Part shown: one piece after another, positions 35,991 to 46,489 of the stretch
How the letters are laid out: every line of letters starts with the position of its first letter
Numbering within the stretch: the first letter of the stretch is position 1
Assembly (NCBI GenBank): GCA_024679065.1
Contig: JAGIQG010000017.1
Location: 57,846,001 to 57,910,000 of the forward strand
Source of the DNA: Sphyrna mokarran
Taxonomy: Eukaryota
Length of the DNA stretch: 64,000 nucleotides
Direction: 5' to 3'
Program-made: the position numbers and the translations under genes
Notes under the pieces: model-generated
Database searches by the model: none
What the model saw: the letters and a program-made list of their open reading frames with translations, nothing else
Told to the model about the DNA's origin: nothing

Positions 35991-36642
35991 GGCGTTGGGA
36001 GGTGGGGGGGGGGGGGGGGGGCGGGGGCGGAGGGGGGAAACACTGTTTAAAACTCAGAAGTTCCCATTGAAAATCGAGATGAGGAGGATTAATTTCTTCT
36101 CTCAGGGGGTGGTTAGTGTTTCGAATTCCCTTCCCCGGAGAGCAGTGGGCGCTGGGACATTGATCATATGCAAGAGAGGGAAGGGTTATGGGGGAGACAG
36201 GCATCGAAGAGGAGTTAAGGTCACAGTCAGATCAGCCATGATATTATCAACTGGGGGAGTAGGCTCGAGGGGCAGAATGTCCTCCTCCTGCTCCTATTTC
36301 TTATTTTCTGTGTGGTCCCTGTGTGATCACTGCTCTCAGCTTTGCAGGAACACTGTTTGGCAGTCTCCATCTCAATTATTTCCTCTCTCTCTCTCTCTCT
36401 GAGACTGTCACCCATTGCTATCCTCCCCTCTCTCTATTACTCTCTCTCCATCTCCACTGGTTTCTCTCTCTGTTCCCCTCTCCAGCTGGATGGAGAGTGG
36501 GAAAGATAGGCTGATATGGAGGGAATTCTAAAGACTAACCGCCCACTGAGAGAAGTAATTATTCCTCCTCATTTCTTCTGTATCTAACTGCATTTCCTTA
36601 ACAGCCCTGCCCTTGTTTGTTGAAACAGTGAAAAAGGAGATT

Positions 36643-36776
36643 NNNNNNNNNNNNNNNNNNNNNNNNNNNNNNNNNNNNNNNNNNNNNNNNNNNNNNNNNN
36701 NNNNNNNNNNNNNNNNNNNNNNNNNNNNNNNNNNNNNNNNNNNNNNNNNNNNNNNNNNNNNNNNNNNNNNNNNNNN
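36643..36776. other. Assembly gap (134 N)
   Basis: Run of N next to a degenerate (TG)n tract. Confidence 0.99.
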
Positions 36777-37329
36777 CACTGTGCGAGTGTTTATGTATCA
36801 GTGTGTGTGTATCTGTGTGTGTATCTGTGTGTGTGTGTGTGTGTGGTGCATCTGTGTGTCAGTGTGTGCATGACTGTGTGGGTGTTTGTGTATCGATGGA
36901 TGTATCATTGTGTGTGTGTGTGTCTGCACGTGTATATTGGTGTCTGTGTGTGTGTGTGTGTATCTGTATTTGTGCATTTGTATGTGTGTTTATACCTATG
37001 TATGCATCTGTGTGAGTGTGTGTATACCAGTGAGTGTATCAGTGTGTGTATCTGTGTGTATGTGTGAATATACCTGTGTATGTAACTGTGTGAGTGTGTG
37101 TGTACCAGTAAGTGTATCAGTGTGTGTATCTATGTGTGTATCACTCTGTGAGGTGGTCTGCTTAAGTATTTGGGTGCATGTGAAAGTTTACAAAGAACAA
37201 AGAACAAAAAGCAACACAGCACGGGAAACAGGCCCTTCGGCCCAACGAGCCCACGCCGCCGTCCTAACGTCCTAATGATATATCCTTGTCTTTAGGCTAT
37301 GCCTAAAGTATGTGTGTCTTTACTCTGCA

Positions 37330-37364
<35 letters not shown>

Positions 37365-37380
37365 ATATGTGTATGGGAGG
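36777..37380. repeat. Degenerate (TG)n low-complexity tract
   Basis: Imperfect and perfect TG runs; source of the V/C-rich spurious ORFs. Confidence 0.95.
37191..37305 (-). mobile_element. ~115-bp CR1-tail-type short element (copy 1)
   Basis: Reverse complement of 53837-53955; GGCCGAAGGGCC hairpin and (TTGTTCT)n tail. Confidence 0.75.
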
Positions 37381-38174
37381 TATGTGCGCATCTGTGAGCC
37401 TCGACATGAGAGTGTGGGTGTGTACGTGAGAGAAATTGCGTTTGGGTGTGATTCTATGGCGGGGGGGAGGGGGTGAAAGTGTTTGCCTGCACGGGGTTCG
37501 GTGTGTGAAACCTAGAAACTAGAAGCAGAAGGAGGCCATTCACCCTCCCGCCTGCTCTGTCTTTCATTTTGATCATGGCTGATCATCAAATTCAATCTCC
37601 TGATCCTCCTTCCCCCCAGATCCCTCAATCCTTTCAGCCCCAAAACAGCCCCATGTTAATCATGGTGGAAGGGAGCTCAGGGCCCAGTCACTGCTACTGG
37701 GGGAGAGATAGAGAGGGAGAGAGTGAAAGAGGAAGAGATTGGGATGATTAATAAGGGTCAATGCTGTCCCAAAACTGTGTGGAGCAGTGTGAAAGTAGCA
37801 GTCAGGCTTTGCTCCGTGAGAAATATCCGTCCCTCTCTCTCTCTCTCAGGGGGACACAGATTTGAAGGGATTGGTGAAAGAACCAAAAATGACACAAGGA
37901 AATTCTCTCTGTCCCAGCTTTTAGTCTCCTGTCCCTAATATCTCCCCGTGAGTCTGGCTGGGAGAATTTATTTTTGATAGTCCCCGTGTGAAGTCTCTGC
38001 CAGACATTCCATTCTGTTTCTGGTGCTACATTAATGCAGGTTGTTGTTGCTTTCCCGTTCACACATTCCACCGTCTAACCCGCGCCTTGTGAACATCTCC
38101 CCAGTCGCAGTCATTCCAACCTCAGTGGCTGTGTCTCCAGCTGTCAAGGCCCCTAGCTGTGCAATTCCCTCCCT

Positions 38175-38510
38175 AAAGGGGAGGCGATAGCCGAGTGCGA
38201 TCATTGATAGACTATTCATCCAGAAACTCCACTCAGTTTCTGCGCGACCCGGGTTCGAATCCCGCCATAACAGGTGGTGGAATTTGAATTCAATAATAAA
38301 AAAAAAAATCTGAAATTAAGAATCATCTGACGCTCGATTGTCAGAAACACCCATCTAGACCATTAATGCCCTTTAGGGAAGGAAATCTGCCTGGTTCGGC
38401 TCCGTGTGACTCCAGATCCACAGCAATGTCTCTGAACCTCGGGTTCCGAGAGATAGGCAATAAATGGTGGCCGTCAGTATTACCCCATGTCCCATGAATG
38501 AATAAAAATC
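38175..38510 (+). mobile_element. Second tRNA-derived SINE family
   Basis: B-box GGTTCGAATCCC, body GGAATTTGAATTCAAT...CCCTTTAGGGAAGGAAATCTGCC, ending CCCATGAATGAATAAAAA. Confidence 0.7.
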
Positions 38511-38989
38511 AAATCTCTTCATCTCACTCTCATCCCTCCTTCCTGATGCCTAACCAACGTTTTATCAGGGTGTGGTATGAGTTTGGATCTCTCCATTATA
38601 TTGGGAGTCACCAGCAATGTCCAATTTCACGAGAAACTTCGACTTTGTTACAATGACCTTTAACCTTGGACTGCACCATTGTTTTAATGTAGGTCTGGTC
38701 AATGACCATCTTTGAGATTTATCTGAACAGGGAAATAAATTTTTCATTGTTTTCTCACGAAATATCCCAACATTAACACAGTCTCCGCCTCTTGTTTGTG
38801 CATCTGTAGATTTCTCACTGTTGGCAATGGGGAAATGTTAAAATTTAGTCAGATTCAATAACCATTTGGATTTACAAATGTTTTGCCAGGGCTGGGGAAA
38901 TTGCAGCTGTGAGGAAAAGATTGGATTGGCGAGGGTTGTTTTCCTGAGAGGTGACCGAACTGAGGGGTCTAAAATTCTGAAGGGAGCCA

Positions 38990-40075
38990 AGACAGGATGG
39001 ACAGGGAAGTCCCTCTTCCCCCGAACAGAGACAGGGGTTCACACAAATTGAAGGTGATTGGGAGGAGGATTACCAGGGACATGTGTAAGAAGCTTGTCAC
39101 TCAGAAGGTGGAGGATATCTGCAAAGCACTGCCTAAACTGATGGTTCAGTACTCGGTGCCCGGATTTTTAGCTGAAACACTCTAACCTGTAAAAATTAGA
39201 TTAGCGACTGGGTTTGCTGGAAGATGGGATTAAAATGGACAGCTAGTCTTTATTTCCAAAGCTGGTACAGATGTGATGGGCTGAATGGCCTCTCCTGCAC
39301 TGTAACCTTTTCTCTGCTTTCTGTTAGCCCTGTTGATGGGTGGGATGGAGGAGCTGGTTTTCAATAAGAAACAAGAGGAAAAATGGAAGATTTTTTTGAG
39401 ACAAAGCTGATTTTTCCTGATGTTACCCTCACCCCAATCAAATTGAGATAGTGATACCACCACCTTCCCCATGTTCCCCCAAATACATTTGCCCCAGTGT
39501 CAGCATGGTGGGACAGTGATTAACACTGCAGCCACACTGTGCTAGGCACCTGTGGGTCATTTGCACATTTTCCCCATTTCGGTGTGGGTTTCCTTCGGTT
39601 TCATCCCCCAGTCTGAAAGATGTGCTGGGTTAGGGTGCATTGGACCGTGCTTCAATTCTCCCTCAGTGTTACCCAAACAGAAATATGGAGACTAGGGGAA
39701 TTCTGACAGTAACTTCATCGCAATGTTAATGTCAGCCGACTTATTAGAAACACTAATAAATAAACTTAAATTGCAGACCAAGGTGATGCAGTGACAATGC
39801 ATCCTCTTGTTTAAACACTCTGCAATGCTGAGACTGGGGGAGAGGAGTGAATAACAGGGAGCAGCATTGCAGCTTCTCTCCCCCCATTGAAACTGGGTTT
39901 GTTGCTCCATCTGCTGCACCATCCCCACCACATCCACTCGGGGGGCAATCTGGACAATGGGCAGCAGCCAGGCCTCACTGCGCCTGCGCCACAATCACAC
40001 CCTCCGCCAGCGGCAGCCATCTTGCGTTGTCAGGGGAGACGGCCAGCGGCCATCTTGCGTTGCCAGGGGAGACGG
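38990..40075 (+). repeat. Copy 2 of the old ~1.1 kb duplication (includes SINE 39500-39770)
   Basis: Colinear with 23370-24480. Confidence 0.8.
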
Positions 40076-40179
40076 CGTCCCGCGGGCTCTATTCTGGAGG
40101 AATTCCCCTCCTGCAAATGCGCCCAGAGAGTTAAATTGTAATCTCTCAATATTTTGAATCTTGATGATTATTATTCACA

Positions 40180-40600
40180 TCCTCACCCGTCAGACTTCGG
40201 GCTCCTTTTCGATTCGGGAACATCTTTTTTTAATTCCAAATATTTTTCAATCAGATCCGCGTGGTGTGCTCTGGGAAAATACTACACACATGCGCGGTTC
40301 CGCCTCTTTGTAAAAATATGTATTTTATTTAATTTTAATTCCGCTCTGGGCGGGATTTCTGGGTGGGAATTTCTCTCACTTTCTACATTTCTAAACCGTC
40401 GCTTCTTCCTCGACGGGGGTGGGTGGGGGGGGAGGGGCTGAGTGACGTCACTGCAATATGGCGGCTGGACCCGCCTCTGTTCAGGCCCCTGATGTTCCGC
40501 CAACGAGCAGCGGCCGGGCCGGAGCGGGCAACAGGTGACATTGGGCGGTGCAGCGGCCGATCAAGTTGTAGCGCCCCCTGTTGGTCAGGAAGAGGGCTAG
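40180..40600. promoter_or_regulatory. CpG-rich promoter-like island (CRE, GC boxes, YY1-like start)
   Basis: Palindrome AGTGACGTCACT (40441-40452), AATATGGCGGC (ATG at 40458), GGGCGG boxes and unusually dense CpG. Confidence 0.65.
40568..40587 (-). promoter_or_regulatory. CTCF-binding motif
   Basis: Minus strand TGACCAACAGGGGGCGCTAC, a close match to the CCASYAGRKGGCGC core. Confidence 0.7.
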
Positions 40601-41179
40601 CAGCAGCACAGTCTCTGCCCAAAGACTTCCCCAGTTCAGCTGCTCAGAGACACTGGAAACCTCTTCAACTGGAAACTCCAGCTCCTCACATTCAGCCCCA
40701 GTGTGTTCACTCATTGTTTTATAGACAACCTTTGTAATGAAATCAGAAACAACTTGTTCACATTAAAGGGGGTGGGAATCTGGACCATTCTGCTCAAAAG
40801 GCTCCACTTGCCTTGACATTTCAATTGAAATGTTCAAGATGAGATTTTCTAGATGCAAGTCATGTTGCAATGTGGAACGCTTATGATTCCACAATAAGAT
40901 CAACGCAGATATCTCACAGGGTTGTGTGACTGCAGGAAATATCAGAGATGCGCTTTCATAAGAGAAAGGGAATAACCAACACGCTACAGCAGAGCTGCGG
41001 GATCAACGGAACTAAAGAGACTTGCATAGAATTGTAAACAGTGCGATCATGCTGCAGTTCTGGAACAGTTTTTCAGAAATAGAATTTGATCAGTGCTCAC
41101 AAACTGGTTCAGAATATATTGAACTGCTGCTGTCTCAGTCTCTGTGGCGCATTCGGCTGTTAACATTTCATCTGGCTCA

Positions 41180-41385
41180 TTCATCTAAACTACACATCTT
41201 GTGGCACTAAGTTACAATTTAGCTTGGCCAATCCATCTAACCTGCACATCTTTGGACTGTGGGGGGAAACTGAAACATCGAAAGAAAATCCATACAGACA
41301 CACAGAAACATGCCAACTTCACACAAACAGCCAGCCAATGTTAGAATTGAACCCGGGTTGCAAATTTCTGTGCCACAGTGCCGTC
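41180..41385 (-). mobile_element. tRNA-derived SINE (HE1/V-SINE-like)
   Basis: GCCAATCCATCTAACCTGCACATCTTTGGACTGTGG core. Confidence 0.75.
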
Positions 41386-41807
41386 TCACTCCTCTGTTAA
41401 AATCCCTCTGCTACTTTGCCACCACTCCACCAAATCATCCATACCGTTTTCGAGATTGTAGTTACCCTCTGCATTATTTACTACTCAGCCAATGCAACTG
41501 CAAACTGCAATGCAACTGCTATCAACTGCAAATCCCCTATTCTGCCTTGCAGGTTCGCACCCAAGTCGTTAATAAGTAACACAAGCTGTAAGGGTCACAA
41601 TAATAAGTCCTATGAAACAATTTTCCATACACAACGTAATCTGAAACTCCTTTCCATCAATAACCCGGTGGTAGGGTGGTGGTAGGTGTCTCTCAATATT
41701 GATTAATATTTTATTGGTTGAAGGATAACTTGGCTGATCCAATGTTTAAAAATAAATACTATTTTAAATCACTTCAAAAGCAAAAAAAAAATGTGTCATG
41801 GGATGAT

Positions 41808-44780
41808 GGGGATCTTATAGAGACGTATAAGATAATGAAGGGGATGGATAGGGTAGAGGTAGAGAGATTCTTCCCGCTTAGAAAGGATAGCAGAACTAGA
41901 GGGCACAGCCTCAAAATGGGGGGGGGGCGGTTTCAAAGAACATAGAACATAGAACACTACAGCACAAACAGGCCCTTCGGCCCACAAGTTGTGCCAAACA
42001 CATCAAAACCTACCCAGCCATAGACCTATCTATAACCCCCAATCCCATTGGATCCCATATACTCATCCAGAAGTCTTTTAAAAGACCCCAGCGAGTTCGC
42101 CTCGACCACCACCGACGGCAGCCGATTCCATTCACTCACCACCCTCTGAGTGAAAAACTTTCCCCTAGCATCCCCTCTGTACTTGCTTCCCTGCACCTTA
42201 AATCTGTGCCCTCTCGTCGCGACCATTTCAGCCCTGGGAAATAGTCTCTGAGAGTCCACCCTATCTATTCCTCTCAACATCTTGTAAACCTCTATTGTGA
42301 CCTCTTTAGTGACCAGAGAGGTGGATGGGGGTAAGGCGTTGAGTAGTATATATGGACTTTAGTAAGGCTTTTGTAAGGTGGCCCTGGAAGACTTCTACAG
42401 AAAATGCAGATGTGTGGGAATAGAGGGTGATTTAGCTAATTGGATTAGAAATTGGCTGGCAGATAGAAGACGAGGGTGGTGGTTGATGGGAGATTTTCAT
42501 CGTGGAGTTCGGTGACGAGTGGTGCGCCTCAGGGGTCTGTTTTGGGGCCCCTTGCTGTTTGTAATTTTTATAAATGATCTGATGAGGGTATTGAGGATGG
42601 ATCAGTAAATTTGCAGATGATACTAAAGTTGGTGGTGTGGTAGATAGTGAAGAGGGGTGTTTTAGTTTACAGAGTGACTTGGACAAGTTGCAGAGCTGGG
42701 CCGAGAGGTGGCAAATGGAGTTTAATGTGGAAAAGTGTGAGGTAATGCACTTTGGCAGGAACAATAAATGTGTAGAGTATAGGGCTAATGGTAGGGCTCT
42801 TAATAGTGTTGAGGAACAGAAGGATCTTGGTGTATGTGTCAATAGATCCCTGAAAGTAGGCAGTCAAGTGGATAAAGTTGTTAAGAAGCTTATGGAGTCT
42901 TAGCTTTTATTGGTAGGGGGATTGAATTTAGGAGCCGCAGCATCATGTTGCAGCTGTACAAAACTCTAGTGCGGCCGCACTTGGGGTATTGTGTGCAGTT
43001 CTGGTCGCCACATTATAAGAAAGATGTGGAGGCATTGGAGAGGGTACAGAGGAGGTTTACTAGGATGTTGCCTGGTATGGAGGGCAGGTCCTATGAAGAG
43101 AGGTTGAAGGATTTGAGGTTGTTTTCGTTAGAAAGGAGGCGGCTAAGGGGGGATCTTATTGAAACATATAAGATAATTAGAGGTTTGATAGGGTGGACAG
43201 TGATAGCCTTTTCCTAGGATGGAAAAAGCTAGCACGAGGGGACACAACTTTAAATTAAGGGGTATGAGTTATAGGACGGATATCAGAGGTAGGTTCTTTA
43301 CTCAAAGAGTGATTAGGGAGTGGAATGCCCTGCCTGCAGCTGTTGTAGATGCGCCAAGTTTGGTGGCGTTTAAGAGGTTAGTTGATAAGTATATGGATGA
43401 GAAGGGAATGGTTTAGTTAGGAGGGGCATTGCTTTTATTTTGGTCGGCACAACATCGAAGGCCGAAGGGCCTGTTCTGTGCTGTATTGTTCTATGTTCTA
43501 TGTTCTATCAGGTCGCCTCTCAACCTTCGTCTCTCCAGGGAGAACAGTCCCAGCTCCCTCAACCTGTCTTCATAAGGCATGCCTCCCAATCCAGGCAACA
43601 TCCTTGTGAATCTCCTCTGCACCCTTTCAATAGTTTCCACGTCCTTCCTATAGTGAGGCGACGAGAATTGCGCACAGTACTCCAAATGTGGTCTGACAAG
43701 GGTCCTATAAAGCTGCAGCATTACTTCCTGACTCCTGAACCCAATCTCTCGATGAATGAAGGCCAGTACACCGTAAGCTTTCTTAACCACATCCTCCACC
43801 TGGGAGGCCGATTTGAGTCTTATGGACCCAGACCCCAAGATCCCTCTGCTCTTCCACACAGCTAAGACTCCTACCTTTGATAGTGTACTCATTCATCCCG
43901 TTGGATCTGCCAAAATGGACCACAACACATTTATCCGCTTTGAAGTCCATCTGCCACTTCTCCGCCCAGTCTTGCATCCTGTCGATGTCATGCTGCAACT
44001 TCTGACATCCCTCCAGACCATCCACAACACCACCGACCTTCGTGTCATCGGCGAACTTACTCACCCATCCCTCCACTTCCTCATCCAGGTCATTTATGAA
44101 AACGACAAACAGCAAGGGTCCTAGAACAGATCCCTGGGGCACTCCACTGGTGACCGACCTCCATGCAGAAAAAGAGCCATCCACAACCACCCTCTGCCTT
44201 CTGCAGGCAAGCCAGTTCTGGATCCACAAGGCCAAAGCCCCTTGGATCCCATGGCCTCTCACCTTCTCAAGAAGTCTTGCATGTGGGACCTTGTCAAATG
44301 CCTTGCTGAAGTCCATGTACACCACGTCCACTGCTCTTCCTTCGCCAATGTGTTCAGTCACATTTTCAAAGAACTCAATTAAGCTCGTAAGGCACGACCT
44401 TCCTTTTTCAAAACCATGCTGACTATTTCTAATCAACCTTAACTTCTCCAAATGTTCGTAAATCTTGTCCCTCAGAAGCCTCTCCATCAGCTTACCAACG
44501 ACTGAGGTCAGGCTCATTGTCTGACCTCAATCAGACAATCGGAGTTGAGGAGGAACTTCTTCACTCAAAGCGTGGTGAATATTTGGAATTCACTGCCTGT
44601 TGAAGTGGTGGAGGCTACCTCGCTGAATATATTTAAATCATGGGTAGATATTGGAATTAAGGGTTAGGGGGAGAAAGTGGGAAAGTCGATCTGATCCACT
44701 TCAGCCATGATCTTATTGAATGGCGGGGTAGGCTCGAGGGTCGGGATGGCCTACTCCTGCTCCTATTCCTTATGTTCTTA
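41808..44780. mobile_element. Three-level nested CR1 cluster: C(+) interrupted by B(-) interrupted by A(+)
   Basis: C 41808-41934 resumes ~44538; B 41937-42295 resumes ~43505-44517; A 42309-43507. Confidence 0.88.
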
Positions 44781-44949
44781 AGTCCACAGATGGAGCTATG
44801 ATCGAGATCAAACAGAAGATACATGGACAGCTGCAAAGGACGAGTGGCCATTTCATGATTCTGCATTGTGTTAACTTACAGTGTTGTTGCAAGGGTCGTT
44901 GAATGACAGCTTGGAATAATAACATTTCATTTTTGAATGCGTAGATACA

Positions 44950-45480
44950 AGACCATAAGACGTAAGAGAGAATTAGGCCACTTGGTCCATCGATTCTGCC
45001 CCGCTATTCAATCATGGCTGACATTTCTCTCATCCCCATTCTCCTGTCTTTTCCCCATAACCCTTGACCCCGTCACTAATCAAGAGCCTCTGTCTTAAGG
45101 ATACGTGATGAGCTGGCCTTCTGTGGCAAAGAGTTCCACAGATTTACCATTCTCTGGCTGAAGAAATTCCACCTCATCTCTGTTTTAAAGGATCATCCCT
45201 TTATCCTGCGTCTAGGCCCTCTGGTTCTAGTTTTTCTAATGAGTGGAAATATCCTCTCCACGTCCACTCAATCCGGGCCCCGCCGTAATCTGAAGTTTTA
45301 ATATTGCCCCCTTAAATTTCTAAACTCCAATGAGTACACACTCAGAGTCCTCATACGACAATCTCTGCATTTCAGAGGCCATTCTTGTGAACCTCCTCTG
45401 GACCCCTTCCAAGGCCAGCACATCCCTCCTTAGATATGGTACCCAAAACTGCTCACAATGCTCCGAATGGGATTGTGTAT
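44950..45480 (-). mobile_element. Older CR1 3' end
   Basis: [28 protein letters not shown] on the minus strand. Confidence 0.8.
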
Positions 45481-46489
45481 AATTTATATGAATCCAGATG
45501 ATGCTTTGGTCCCCTACCTGACAGATGTTGAACAACGAGAAGTTCCACTCAAACCTAACTATTGATTAGGCATGGGTCTATCAAGCACATCACAACTCTT
45601 GTTTCCTTTTGAACCTTCCAATTCTTGTCACAAATTCCTGTGGCGCTGAAGCGGCTAATTTAGGGTCTGTGTGCATGTGTTTTCCATTGGATAGAACTAT
45701 TCCATTAGCTCCACTGTCCCATTCCCCCGGTGTGAACACATAATCTGGCAAAAAGTAAATATCGCATCCCCTTTTTAGAATTGTTTAATCCACTTGTTCA
45801 GCAATGGCATCTACATTATACTCATTATGCAATTTCCATTCTCTCTGTCATTTCTGGCTATTTTCACAAAATGATATGTCTCTCCCACTGTCTGTTGGTC
45901 GGTCTGTCTGACTCTCTGTCTCATTGTCTGTCTATCTGCCTGCCTTCTATCCATCTGTTCAAATATTAATCCACATGTCTCTAAAATTGCTTACAATACA
46001 TAATGATGAGTGGGGAGCAGCAGAGATTACATGTCATCCTAAATAACAAATACTGTGGATGCTGGAGATCTGAAATATATTAAAAAACAGTGTTTGAAAA
46101 ACTCAGTGTATCTGACAACATTTATGGAGAGAGAAACACAGATAATGAGCGAGGTCAAATATGTATTGTCTTTCGAACACAGTAAGAAAATTTATATTGC
46201 CCCCCCCACCCCCCAAATGTTTACTCTGCTTCTCTTTTAGTCACGTTTGTTCATTTTGAGCCACGGTAGGAGTGGAAAGGTAGAAGAATGGAAGGATCCT
46301 TAAAATGAAGTTTTTTTTTTTCAGGTGTAGGGTGAGGTTGAGGTGCAGTGAGCATGGAATGGGCAATTGGTGATTGGAAATAAATCCTGGTCCTACCAAT
46401 GCCATCCATATCCCATGGAGTTGGGGTGGAAGCTTAGGGCCAAAACTGGCAGAGAGGTTATCTCTGACTCTTGCCTGTGCCACGGGTTA

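Noticed and set aside
36801-37275. Cys/Val-rich ORFs
   Set aside because: Translation of degenerate (TG)n.
40441-40452. AGTGACGTCA as a V-beta promoter decamer marking another V
   Set aside because: It fits the decamer, but no hydrophobic leader or V exon follows on either strand; better read as a generic CRE.
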